64,000 nucleotides of DNA from the NCBI GenBank assembly GCA_965199855.1, contig OZ241326.1, forward strand, positions 1,024,001 to 1,088,000. The letters run 5' to 3'. Positions 29,663 through 39,511 of the stretch are shown piece after piece; position 1 is the stretch's first letter, and every line of letters begins with the position of its first letter. A model generated the notes under the pieces. The model was not told where the DNA came from. It saw only the letters and a list, made by a program, of their open reading frames with translations, and did no database searches. Source of the stretch: a bacterium. GTDB lineage: Bacteria; UBA8248. The position numbers and the translations under genes are program-made.

Positions 29663-31942
29663 GTGAGGCGCGAACCCGGCGGAATCCCCGACGAGAAGAC
29701 GATTCTCGGCCTGCTCGCCAAAGAGGGCAGGCCCATGGCCGCGCGCGAGCTCATCCGCGCCCTCGCCGTCCCCGCGGCTGCGCGCCCTCTTCTCAGAAAG
29801 CGCCTGCGCGCCATGGCGGAGGCTGGCGCTCTTCTGCGGGTTCGCGCCCGCTACGCGGCGCCTGGGTCGCTCTCCGTCTTTCGGGGCGTCTTTCGCGGAC
29901 ACCGGCGGGGCTACGGGTTCGTCGCGCCGGAGGCGGCGGACGGGCGGGAACGTCCCCCCGACGTCATGGTCAGAAAAACCCGGACGCGCGGCGCGATGGA
30001 AGGGGACGTGGTCTCCGCCAGGGTGGAGAGGACGCACCCCGACGGCAGGCGCGAGGGCGGCGTCCTGGAGGTGCTCGAGCGCGCGCATGAGACCTTGGTG
30101 GGCAGGCTTTGCGCGGAGGGCGCGCGCGCCTGGGTGGAGCCCCGGGATGATCGCATCCCCCATCTTGTGCTGCTCGACGCCGGGGCGCGCGGGGGCGCCA
30201 AGCGGGGCGAATGGGTGGAGGTCGCCATAAGCCGGCATCCAACAGAAAGAACGCCGGCCAGGGGGCGCGTTCTCCGATCCTTCGGCTATCCCGACGACCC
30301 GGCCGCCGAGCAGAGGGCGGCGCTCGCCCGACGCGGGATGCGCGAGGAATTTCCCCGGGAGGCGCTGGAGGAGGCGATGCGGGAGCGCCCGCCGGGGGAG
30401 GACGAGCCCTTCCCGGAGGGGGTGGAGGATTTTCAGGAGCTTCGCGTCTTCGCCATCGACCCCTTCGACGCGCGCGACCGGGACGACGCGGTCTCCATCG
30501 AGAAGCTGGAGCGGGGCGGCCGCCGCCTCGGGGCGCACGTCGCCGACGTGAGCCATTACGTCCGAGAGGGCGGCGCGATGGACCGGGAGGCGCGCGCCCG
30601 GGGCGCGAGCGTCTATTTTCCGGATCGCGCCGTTCCCATGCTGCCGCCCCGCCTCACGGGCGAGGTCTGCTCCCTGGGCGAGGGGGCGGTTCGCCGGACC
30701 CTGAGCGTTCTGCTCGATTTCGACCGGCAGGGGAACCAGACGGGGATGCGCCTCGTCCAGGCGCGGATTCGCTCGCGCGCCTCCCTCACCTATCGGGGAA
30801 CGGCCGCCGTCCTGGAGGGCGCGGAGATTCCCCAAGAGAGCGAGGCGGAGAAGGCCCGCGCCCTCGCCGTCCCGCTCGGGGAGCTGTCAGCCCTCGCGGA
30901 GCGGCTCCGCGCGCGGCGCATGGCCGGGGGCAGCCTCGACTTCGACCTGCCCGAGGCGCGCTTCGCGCTCGACGCGGAGGGAATGCCCCTGGGCGTCGGG
31001 CGCGAGCCTCGAACCTCCGCCCATCGCCTGATCGAGGAGTGCATGCTGGCGGCGAACCGGGCGGTGGCCGAGCGTCTCGCCGAGGCGGGCGGCGCGTCCG
31101 TCTTTCGCGCGCACGCTCCGCCGGACGAGGAGGATCTGGAGGGCGTTCGCGGGATTCTCTCCGCGCTGGGCATCAAGGCGCCTCCGCTCGCCGCCCTGAA
31201 GCGGCCGGGAGGGCTGCAGGAGGTTTTTGACGCCGCACGCGGCACGGACGCGGAGCGCTGCGTGAATTTCGCCGCGCTCAGAAGCATGAAGCTCGCGCGC
31301 TACGAAGCCGCCCCCGCCCCGCACTTCGGTCTCGGCTTCGCGCGCTACGCGCATTTCACCTCGCCGATTCGCCGCTATGCGGACATCTGCGTTCACAGAA
31401 GGCTCAAAAGGCTCATGCGGGGCGACGCGCGAAAGCCGCCGACCGGGCGAATCGCCGCCCTCTGCCGCGAGATTTCGGAGAAGGACCGCGCGGCGGAGGC
31501 CGCCTCGCGCGAGGTGGCGGATTTTATGAAGGCGCTTTTCATGCGGGAGAAGGTCGGCGAGCGCCATCGGGGGCGCGTCTCGGGCGTCGCGCGCTTCGGG
31601 GTTTTCGTGGAGCTCGACGAGATTTTCGTGGAGGGCATGGTTCCGCTCGAATCCATGAAGGAGGATTACTATCGCTTCCTTCCCGAGGAATACGCCCTGC
31701 TGGGCGAGAGGACGGGCCGGCGGCTTCGTCCGGGCGACACCGTCACGGTTCGGGTGGAAGGCGTCGATCTGGCCGCGCGGCGCGTGACGCTTCAGCTGCT
31801 GGCCGGCGGCTCGAGGGAGGCGCGCCGCGGCCCGCCCCCCTCCCGACGCGCGACGCGGCGAAGTCCCGGGGAAAGAAAGCGCCCGCTCCTCCGTCGCCCG
31901 AAGGGAGGAAAGCCGGGAGGCGGCGGAAAGAGGCGTCGATGA
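29663..31942 (+). CDS. rnr: Ribonuclease R
   Basis: IDP..ARDRDDAV, HFTSPIRRYAD, S1 domain, basic tail. Confidence 0.95.
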   Translation: MRREPGGIPDEKTILGLLAKEGRPMAARELIRALAVPAAARPLLRKRLRAMAEAGALLRVRARYAAPGSLSVFRGVFRGHRRGYGFVAPEAADGRERPPDVMVRKTRTRGAMEGDVVSARVERTHPDGRREGGVLEVLERAHETLVGRLCAEGARAWVEPRDDRIPHLVLLDAGARGGAKRGEWVEVAISRHPTERTPARGRVLRSFGYPDDPAAEQRAALARRGMREEFPREALEEAMRERPPGEDEPFPEGVEDFQELRVFAIDPFDARDRDDAVSIEKLERGGRRLGAHVADVSHYVREGGAMDREARARGASVYFPDRAVPMLPPRLTGEVCSLGEGAVRRTLSVLLDFDRQGNQTGMRLVQARIRSRASLTYRGTAAVLEGAEIPQESEAEKARALAVPLGELSALAERLRARRMAGGSLDFDLPEARFALDAEGMPLGVGREPRTSAHRLIEECMLAANRAVAERLAEAGGASVFRAHAPPDEEDLEGVRGILSALGIKAPPLAALKRPGGLQEVFDAARGTDAERCVNFAALRSMKLARYEAAPAPHFGLGFARYAHFTSPIRRYADICVHRRLKRLMRGDARKPPTGRIAALCREISEKDRAAEAASREVADFMKALFMREKVGERHRGRVSGVARFGVFVELDEIFVEGMVPLESMKEDYYRFLPEEYALLGERTGRRLRPGDTVTVRVEGVDLAARRVTLQLLAGGSREARRGPPPSRRATRRSPGERKRPLLRRPKGGKPGGGGKRRR

Positions 31943-32111
31943 CCCCGATGGCCGCTTCCTCCCCGGAGAAGAAAGGAGCGCCCGACGCGAGGGACGAATT
32001 TCGGGGGTGGCGAAAAATCGCGCGAGGGGCTATATTGTCTCCCGATGACGGGAGAGACTCGGGGAGCTGTGCGCTCCTTTTTCTTTTCCCGTCTTTTCGG
32101 AGGACGGGGCG

Positions 32112-32576
32112 ATGGCGGGCGGGGTGAAAATCATCGCGGAGAACAGGCGCGCCCGCGCCGATTACGCGATTGACGAGACCTACGAGGCGGGCCTCGTCCT
32201 CACGGGCACGGAGGTGAAGGCGCTGCGCGAGGGCCGCGCGAACCTCAAGGAGAGCTACGGCGACATCGTCGGCGGCGAGGCCTGGCTGGTCGATTGCCAC
32301 ATCAGCCCCTACGGGCACGGCAACGTCAACAACCACGAGCCCACGCGCCGCAGAAAGCTGCTGCTCCACAGGCGGGAGATCGGGCGGCTCATCGGCCGCG
32401 TGAACGAGAAGGGGATGACGCTCGTGCCGATGAAGATGTATTTCTCCCGCGGCCGCGCCAAACTGGAAATCGGCGTGGGCAGGGGCAAGAAGCGCCACGA
32501 CCGCCGGGAGGAGCTGAAAAAGCGAGCGGCCGAGCGCGAGATCGAGCGCGCCCTCCGGGAGCGGAACCGCGCCTGA
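32112..32576 (+). CDS. smpB: SsrA-binding protein
   Basis: [30 protein letters not shown]. Confidence 0.97.
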   Translation: MAGGVKIIAENRRARADYAIDETYEAGLVLTGTEVKALREGRANLKESYGDIVGGEAWLVDCHISPYGHGNVNNHEPTRRRKLLLHRREIGRLIGRVNEKGMTLVPMKMYFSRGRAKLEIGVGRGKKRHDRREELKKRAAEREIERALRERNRA

Positions 32577-32691
32577 CGGGCGCCTTGGGAGGATGCGCGG
32601 CTTTTCCGTCCCGCTGAGCGGGGCGGCGACAGGATATGCGAATCGGCCCGGGGCGCAGGATCGCCGCCCCGGGCCGGCGTTCATCTTTCAT

Positions 32692-33051
32692 GGGGGCGAT
32701 CCGGTTTCGACGGGAGGATTTGAAGTCTGAGCCGCGCGCCGGGGACGCCACTTGGCCCCGTCATCAATGTGGCGAATCACACCAGCCGACAACGAGCTGG
32801 CTCTCGCTGCCTAGACGCTAGCGAGCGCTTCCCCTCGCCTCGTCCGCGGGCGGGGAGCGGAGCGTCATGAAGCGGACTAGCCGAACCGGGCTTCTGTCCG
32901 CAGCCCGATAGGCGAACCTCAATCGGACTAGCGCGGAGGAAGGCCCGCCGGCGGGCCTGAAACCGGGCGAAGCCTTCACCGCCGGCTACGCGCGTAGACG
33001 CTCACGACGGAAGCCTTTCGGACGCGGGTTCGATTCCCGCCGCCTCCACCA
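32692..33051 (+). ncRNA. ssrA: tmRNA; tag peptide (A)ADNELALAA at 32785-32814
   Basis: 5' GGGGGCG pairs with 3' CGCCTCC-ACCA including G3.U; T arm GGTTCGATTCC; follows smpB. Confidence 0.96.
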
Positions 33052-33328
33052 GAACCATCCATCCCTGCGGATGGCGGAAGTGAACCGCCTTTTCCGCCCT
33101 CGGGGCGTTCCCGCTCGGCAAGCGCGGGCGGGGCTCTCGAAGACGCGCGCGCCCTCTCCCCCCGCCTCGCCTTTCCATTCGGGGCGGACGCCGCCGCTTT
33201 CCCCGACAAAACAGCCTCTTTTTTCCCGAAGCGGCGTTGGCGGCGGGAATTTGCGCCGCGGCGCGCGGGGGGATTACAATGGATTCGCTCGACGTGATTC
33301 GACCTGGGGTCCGGGCTTCCGCGGGAGG

Positions 33329-35497
33329 ATGAAGAGCGTGGCGCATCTGGTGGAAGAGCGAAGGGCGGCGGTCGCCGCCGAGACGCCGACCGAGCCGAGA
33401 CGCCGCTACCTGAACCGGGAGCTCTCCTGGCTCGCCTTCAACTGGCGCGTGCTCGCCGAGGCGAGCAACCGCCGGCATCCCCCGCTCGAGCGGCTGCGCT
33501 TCCTCTCCATTTCGGCGAGCAACCTCGATGAGTTCTTCATGGTGCGGCTGGCGGGCCTCAAGGGGCAGGTGGCGAACGGGGTCACCCAGAGAAGCCTGGA
33601 CGGCCGGACGCCCGCCGAGCAGCTGGCCGAAGTCGCCCGGGAGAGCGCGCGGCTGATTCGGGAGCAGGAGGCGGCGTGGACGAGCCTGCGGGCGGAGCTC
33701 GCCGGAGCCGGCATCTCGGTGGTCTCGGCGGAGGAGCTGAGCCCCGGGGACGTGGAGTGGCTCGGCGACTACTTCCTTCGCCAGGTCTTTCCCGTGCTGA
33801 CGCCTCTCGCCATCGATCCGGCGCACCCGTTTCCGTTCATCGCCAATCGAGGCTTCGGCCTCGCGCTCGAACTCGAAGCCATCGACGGCGCGCGCGCGAT
33901 GCGGGCGCTGGTTCCGCTGCCCGATCAGGCGCCCCGCTTCACCCGTCTGCCGGGCGAGGAGATACGCTTCATCGCCCTGGAGAGCCTCGCCCGGCTGTTC
34001 ATCGACGACCTGTTCCCCGGCTACCGGATCGTCGGCAGCGGCGTGTTCCGCCTGATCCGGGACAGCGACATCGAATACGAGGAGGAGGCGGAGGACCTCG
34101 TCCTGCTGTTCGAGGCGATGCTGCGCCGGCGGCGGCTCGGCGGCGTGGTGCGCCTGAGCCTGAGCGCGGACATGCCCGCCTCGCTGCGCGCGCTGGTGAT
34201 CAACGAGTTCGACGCCCAGCCGGAGGACATCGTGGAGCTGACCGGCATGGTCGGCATGGCGCAGCTGGGCGAGCTGATCGACTGCGGACGGGAGGATTTG
34301 ACGTTCCCGGACTACCGGGCGCGCTTTCCCGAGCGCATCCGAGAATACGACAACGACTGCTTCGCGGCGATTCGCCACAAGGACATCGTCGTCCATCACC
34401 CCTACGAGAGCTTCGACGTGGTGGTGCAGTTTCTCGAGCAGGCGGCGGCCGACGCGAGCGTGCTGGCCATCAAGCAGACGCTGTATCGGACGACCGCCGA
34501 GTCGCCCATCGTCAAGGCGCTCATCGCGGCGGCGGAGTCGGGCAAGTCGGTCACCGCGCTGGTCGAGCTCAAGGCGCGGTTCGACGAGGAGGCCAACCTC
34601 AAGCTCTCGCGGTCGCTCGAGCGCGCGGGCGTCCACGTGGTCTATGGCTTCATGAAGCTCAAGACGCACGCCAAGGTAACCTGCGTCGTGCGCCGGGAGG
34701 GCGACGGCCTGCGAAGCTACGTGCATTTCGGCACGGGCAACTACCATCCGGTCACCGCGCGAATCTACACCGACCTCTCTTTCTTCACGTGCGACGCGCG
34801 CCTCGCCCGCGACGCCGCGCGGGTGTTCAACTTCACCACCGGCTACGCGGAGCCGCGCAGCTTCGAGCGCGTCGCCGTGGCGCCCTCGGGGCTGCGCCAT
34901 TCGGTGCTGGCGCTGATCGACGAGGAAATCGCCAACGCCGAGGCCGGACGCCCCGCCGCCGTCTGGGCGAAGATGAACTCGCTGGTGGACGGCGCGGTCA
35001 TCGACAGGCTCTACGAGGCGAGCGCGGCGGGCGTGCAGATCGACCTGGTGGTGCGCGGGGTGTGCTGCCTGCGTCCGGGGGTGCCGGGGCTGTCCGACAA
35101 CATCCGGGTCAAGAGCATCATCGGGCGCTTTCTCGAGCACTCGCGCGTTGTCTGCTTCGCCAACGGCCGCCCGCTGCCCTCGCCCCGCGCAAAGGTGTTC
35201 ATCACCTCGGCGGACTGGATGCCGCGCAACTTCGACCGCCGCTGCGAGGTGCTGGTGCCGATAGAGAACGAAACCGTGCATCAGCAGGTGCTCGAGCAGA
35301 TCATGGTGGCCAACTTCAAGGACGACGCGCAGAGCTGGAGCATGGCCGGCGACGGGAGCTACGACCGCGTTCCGCCCGGCGAGGAAGGCTTCGCCGCCCA
35401 CACCTATTTCATGACCAACCCGAGCCTGTCCGGCCGCGGAAGCGCGCTGAGGCGGGCCGGGGGGCCGGCGAGGCTGCGGATTGCGGAAGACGGCTGA
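33329..35497 (+). CDS. ppk1: Polyphosphate kinase 1
   Basis: [45 protein letters not shown]. Confidence 0.97.
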   Translation: MKSVAHLVEERRAAVAAETPTEPRRRYLNRELSWLAFNWRVLAEASNRRHPPLERLRFLSISASNLDEFFMVRLAGLKGQVANGVTQRSLDGRTPAEQLAEVARESARLIREQEAAWTSLRAELAGAGISVVSAEELSPGDVEWLGDYFLRQVFPVLTPLAIDPAHPFPFIANRGFGLALELEAIDGARAMRALVPLPDQAPRFTRLPGEEIRFIALESLARLFIDDLFPGYRIVGSGVFRLIRDSDIEYEEEAEDLVLLFEAMLRRRRLGGVVRLSLSADMPASLRALVINEFDAQPEDIVELTGMVGMAQLGELIDCGREDLTFPDYRARFPERIREYDNDCFAAIRHKDIVVHHPYESFDVVVQFLEQAAADASVLAIKQTLYRTTAESPIVKALIAAAESGKSVTALVELKARFDEEANLKLSRSLERAGVHVVYGFMKLKTHAKVTCVVRREGDGLRSYVHFGTGNYHPVTARIYTDLSFFTCDARLARDAARVFNFTTGYAEPRSFERVAVAPSGLRHSVLALIDEEIANAEAGRPAAVWAKMNSLVDGAVIDRLYEASAAGVQIDLVVRGVCCLRPGVPGLSDNIRVKSIIGRFLEHSRVVCFANGRPLPSPRAKVFITSADWMPRNFDRRCEVLVPIENETVHQQVLEQIMVANFKDDAQSWSMAGDGSYDRVPPGEEGFAAHTYFMTNPSLSGRGSALRRAGGPARLRIAEDG

Positions 35498-37007
35498 GCG
35501 GTCGCGCCCGACGGCCGCGGCGGCCGGCGTCGGCGAGCGGTACGGCGTCATCGACATCGGGTCGAACTCGATTCGCCTGGTCGTGTTCGACGGGCTGCGG
35601 CGCGCCCCCCTCCCCCTGTTCGACGAAAGAGTCATGTGCGGCCTGGGCCGGGGCCTGGGCGAGTCCGGCCGGCTCGATCCGGAGGGTGTCGAGCGGGCCC
35701 TCGCCAGCCTCGATCGCTTCGGGGCGCTGCTGCGGACGATGGGCGCGGAGCGCTTCGACGCCGTCGCCACGGCGGCCGTGCGCGAGGCGGAGGACGGCGG
35801 CGCGTTCGTCGCCGAGGTCGAGCGGCGGTGCGGCTTTCGCGTCCGCGCGCTCTCGGGCGCCGAGGAGGCGGAGACGGCCGCCCTCGGCGTGCTGAGCGGA
35901 ATGCCCGGGGCGGACGGGCTGATGGGCGATCTGGGGGGCGGCAGCCTTGAACTGGCGCGCCTGGTCGGGGGCGCCGCCGCCGAACGCGCGACGCTTCCTC
36001 TGGGGCCGCTCAGCCTGTTTGCCGCGGCGGGCGGGCGGCGCGAGCGGGCGCGGGGGATCATCGACGAGGCGCTGGCCGAACTGCCCTGGCTGAAAGAGGC
36101 TCGCGGGCGCGCCTTCTACGCCGTCGGCGGCAACTGGCGCGCCCTGGCGCGGGCGCACATGGCGCAGGCGGGCTATCCGCTCAAGATCATTCATCACTAC
36201 CGGCTGCGCCGGGGCGATCTCGCCGGGGTCGCCGGCCTGCTCGCCCGGCAGAGCGCCGGGTCGCCGGCGGGCGTCGAGGGCGTGTCGAGCCGGCGGGTCG
36301 GCCTGCTGCCGCTCGCCGCGCTGGTGATGGATCGCCTGCTGGCCGCCGCCGCCCCGCGCGAGGTCGTCTTCTCCGCGATCGGACTGCGCGAGGGGCTGGC
36401 CTACGCGCGCCTGGACGAGCGGCTGAGGGGCGAGGATCCCCTGCTGGCCGCCGCGCGGGACATCGCCGCGCGCGCCTCCCGGTTTCCCGAACGCGGCGCC
36501 GAGCTGGAGGAGTGGACGGACGGCCTGTTTCCGGAGGAGACCGCCGGGGAGCGCCGCCTGCGCCGCGCCGCCTGTCTGCTGAGCGACATAGGCTGGCGGA
36601 CGCATCCGGACTACCGGGCGGCCCACGCCTGCGCGGAGGCGCTGCGCGCGCGCGCCTTGTACGCCAGCCACCAGGAGCGCGCGTTTCTCGCCCTCGCCGT
36701 CTTCGGCCGCTATACGAGCCGCGAGACGAGCGGGGAGCTGCGCGCGGTCGAGCGGCTGCTGAGCGGGGAGGCGGCGCAGCGGGCGCGAACCTTGGGCCTG
36801 ACCCTGCGCCTGGGCGAGACCCTCTGCGGCGGCGCGCCCGGGACGCTGGGCCGCTTCGCGATCGAGCCCGCCCCAAGGCGCGGTCTCCTGAATCTGCGCT
36901 GCCGCCCCGGGGACCGCGGCCTGGTGGGGGAGGTCGTCATGCGCCGCTTCAAGGCGCTGGCCGCGCGGATGGAGCTGGCGCCGCGCCTGCGCGTCCGGGG
37001 GGAGTGA
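35481..37007 (+). CDS. ppx: Exopolyphosphatase Ppx/GppA
   Basis: [29 protein letters not shown]. Confidence 0.93.
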   Translation: MRKTAERSRPTAAAAGVGERYGVIDIGSNSIRLVVFDGLRRAPLPLFDERVMCGLGRGLGESGRLDPEGVERALASLDRFGALLRTMGAERFDAVATAAVREAEDGGAFVAEVERRCGFRVRALSGAEEAETAALGVLSGMPGADGLMGDLGGGSLELARLVGGAAAERATLPLGPLSLFAAAGGRRERARGIIDEALAELPWLKEARGRAFYAVGGNWRALARAHMAQAGYPLKIIHHYRLRRGDLAGVAGLLARQSAGSPAGVEGVSSRRVGLLPLAALVMDRLLAAAAPREVVFSAIGLREGLAYARLDERLRGEDPLLAAARDIAARASRFPERGAELEEWTDGLFPEETAGERRLRRAACLLSDIGWRTHPDYRAAHACAEALRARALYASHQERAFLALAVFGRYTSRETSGELRAVERLLSGEAAQRARTLGLTLRLGETLCGGAPGTLGRFAIEPAPRRGLLNLRCRPGDRGLVGEVVMRRFKALAARMELAPRLRVRGE

Positions 37008-37155
37008 GGCGGACGCCCGAAGAATGGGAGTCCGCCCGCCGGAGTTTCCCGCCGCGCCTCCGTGCGCTACATTGCAGGCGCATTCCGGGGAGAACAAGAC
37101 GAAGCCTCATCCACCCGAACGACGGCGCGGGAGTCGCCGGAAAGAAACGAAAGCC

Positions 37156-37533
37156 ATGAAAGTCGCATACGTTTTCGCCACGGATACGGCGGCGACCTAC
37201 AAGCTCGCCACCATGATTCTGCCCCAGCTCGAGGACGGCTCGCACGGGGCGAGCGTCGTCGGCATGTTCTTCTTCGACGACAACCTCTTCTGCCTGCGGG
37301 CGGGCGACCCCGTGGGCGAGCGGCTGGCGAAGGTGGCCGCCGAGCAGAACATCCTTCTCATGATCTGCGATCAGTGCGCCGTGCGGCGGCACCTCGCCGA
37401 GGGAACCTTCGAGCAGTGCGGCAAGGGCGAGGTCAAGCCGAAGGGAACCGTCGCCGGGGTGCACGCCGGCTGCTTCCCGCAGCTCTACGCCGCCCTGGCT
37501 CCCAATCCGCCGGATCAGGTCATCACGCTTTGA
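37156..37533 (+). CDS. DsrE-like protein (SaoD type)
   Basis: MKVAYVF..MILPQLE..GMFFFDDN..CDQCA..GCFP. Confidence 0.75.
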   Translation: MKVAYVFATDTAATYKLATMILPQLEDGSHGASVVGMFFFDDNLFCLRAGDPVGERLAKVAAEQNILLMICDQCAVRRHLAEGTFEQCGKGEVKPKGTVAGVHAGCFPQLYAALAPNPPDQVITL

Positions 37534-37631
37534 GGGATTGAGGCGTCCCGCCCGCGCTGCGAAAGCGGCGCTCGGGCGGCTTCGGGGAAGCGGGACCCAT
37601 ATATGGGCGTCCCCTCCCCGGCGGCCGCGCC

Positions 37632-38453
37632 TCAGGACGCCTTGAGGACGCAGTAGCGGTAAAGCTCCATGAGTTGGGAGAGGCCCGCCGCGGCTTCGGG
37701 CGCGCGGCGGCGGCCGACGTCGATCATGCTGCCGGATTCGGCCACGGCGAGGCCGTGCCTCTCCTCGAAGACGGCGAGGTCGTCGAAGCCGCTCAGCCAC
37801 TTCACCCCGAAGGCGCTCTCGAAGAAGTCGGTCGCCTCGGTCACCTTCTCATCGCCCGAGGTCCGGTCGATGACTTTTCGGGAGAAGTAGTCGAAGGCGA
37901 TGGTCATGGCCGGGAGCCGCGCGCGCAGCCGGGCGAGGAAGTCGTGGATGAGGTCGCGCGGCAGATACATCGTGTTCCCCTCCCACACGAACAGCGTGGG
38001 CGCTTCGAGGTCGAAGCCCGCCTCGGCGAGCTTTTCGGGCAGATCGACCTTCAGGTAGTCGCACGGAATCGCCGCGCAGGGCGCCGCGCCGCGCCCCTCC
38101 AGCACCTTGCGCTTGAACGCCACGACCGCCGGCTGATCCACGTCGCAGAAGCGCGCCCCCGCCGCGCCGAAGACGTGCGAGCGCATGTCGAAGCCCGCTC
38201 CCAGCGAGACGATCTGCCGCGCGCCCCCGGCGATTTCGCGCTCGACGATCTCGTTCATCGCGCAGACCCGGTAGCGCACCAGCTCCCGCGAGGGCGGATA
38301 GACGCGGATCAGCTCGCGCACCTTCTCCTCCACCTCGTCGTTCACGAACCACGCCGCGTAGGGGTCGTCGAAGAGCCTGCGCTCCTCGCCGCCCTCCATC
38401 GCCCTCATGCAGGAGATGACGAACGCGGTCGCGCCGATTTCGTTGATGTCCAT
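37632..38453 (-). CDS. LCM-type SAM-dependent methyltransferase
   Basis: RAME..FDDPYA, QIVSLGAGFDMR, WEGNTMYL. Confidence 0.88.
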   Translation of the reverse strand: MDINEIGATAFVISCMRAMEGGEERRLFDDPYAAWFVNDEVEEKVRELIRVYPPSRELVRYRVCAMNEIVEREIAGGARQIVSLGAGFDMRSHVFGAAGARFCDVDQPAVVAFKRKVLEGRGAAPCAAIPCDYLKVDLPEKLAEAGFDLEAPTLFVWEGNTMYLPRDLIHDFLARLRARLPAMTIAFDYFSRKVIDRTSGDEKVTEATDFFESAFGVKWLSGFDDLAVFEERHGLAVAESGSMIDVGRRRAPEAAAGLSQLMELYRYCVLKAS

Positions 38454-38739
38454 CCATGAGCCTCCCCGGGATGTCGGACGGCCTCTCCCGCCGCGCGGGG
38501 ATGATAGCCGAATGCGCCCGCCGCGGGCAATCCGCCCGGAGGGGGCGCGGGTCGAGGAACTTCGCCGGAAGCTCCCGGCCGGGGACATCCTCGCCGACTC
38601 CGCCCCGCCCCGCCGGGGGGCGCTCTTCGGGGGTTGACTCAGGCGGCCGCGCGCGGATGCGGGCAGATGCGGGCAAACGCCGCGGCCGCGTGAAATGACC
38701 TCTCCGGGAGCCTCTTGATCCATATAATCCGTTTATTTT

Positions 38740-38840
38740 CAATGACTTGATATTTTTTCCGCGCTCCGAAGGGTCTTGAATTTGTCGAAAAAAGGCGTGA
38801 ATTTGCGGGATAAGGCCGTGAATTTGTCGGATTTTGTCGA
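38740..38840. promoter_or_regulatory. IHF consensus plus 21-bp-phased direct repeats
   Basis: Minus-strand TATCAAGTCATTG (WATCAANNNNTTR) at 38740-38752; GAATTTG(T)CG at 38778, 38799 and 38820. Confidence 0.5.
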
Positions 38841-39209
38841 AAACGGAATCGTTTTCATCATGGCGCGAACGGAGCGCGCGCGTCGCGCCTGAAACGCGCA
38901 GGGGCGACCCTTCATCGGGGCAGCCCCACGATTCGCGAATCGCCCGTCGCCGGACGACAACCCCCGGATTCCGCAATCTTGCCTCCTCGCCGAGATTGAC
39001 GACGCGGGAACGGCGCGGGACGAAAAACGCCCTGACCCACGCCTTCGCCTTCGTCATCATCCGCTTCCCGAAGTCCATGCGTTCGCCTCCTCCCTCTCGC
39101 GGCGGATTCTCGCGCATTCTCGGGGAAGCCCGACAGGCGCAAATGCGGGCAAATGCGCGATCGATTCCGACGGGGCGGAGGAATCGTCCCGGCGGGGCGG
39201 TCATAAACC

Positions 39210-39505
39210 AAACCCTGGATTCCGGCCTTCGCCGGAATGACGACGGAAGGACGCGGGGCGGACAACCACCGGTGGTTGTCCCTGCGGGCCGCGGCATCGC
39301 CGACCCGCGGAACGGGGCGCAAGAATGCGCCCCCTACGGGCGGCGGCGATTTTGATTTTGCGTAGGGGACGCATATATGCGTCCCGCCCGGCGTTCGGCG
39401 GGAGACATGGGTTTCATGTTTTCGTAGGGGCGGTTCACGAACGACCCCTACGGGATTTTCATCCGGCGGAGGAGTGCCGCGGGGGTTGTCCCCACGGCAA
39501 GCCCC
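39210..39505. repeat. REP cluster (CGTC- and GTAG-type palindromes), left flank of autotransporter
   Basis: CTGGATTCCGGCCTTCGCCGGAATGACG; GGGGCGCAAGAATGCGCCCCCTACG; CGTAGGGGACGCATATATGCGTCCC; CGTAGGGGCGGTTCACGAACGACCCCTACG. Confidence 0.8.
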
Positions 39506-39511
39506 TCGCTC

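Noticed and set aside
33030-33051. Intact integrative element at ssrA
   Set aside because: No integrase and no second copy of the tmRNA 3' end seen in the window
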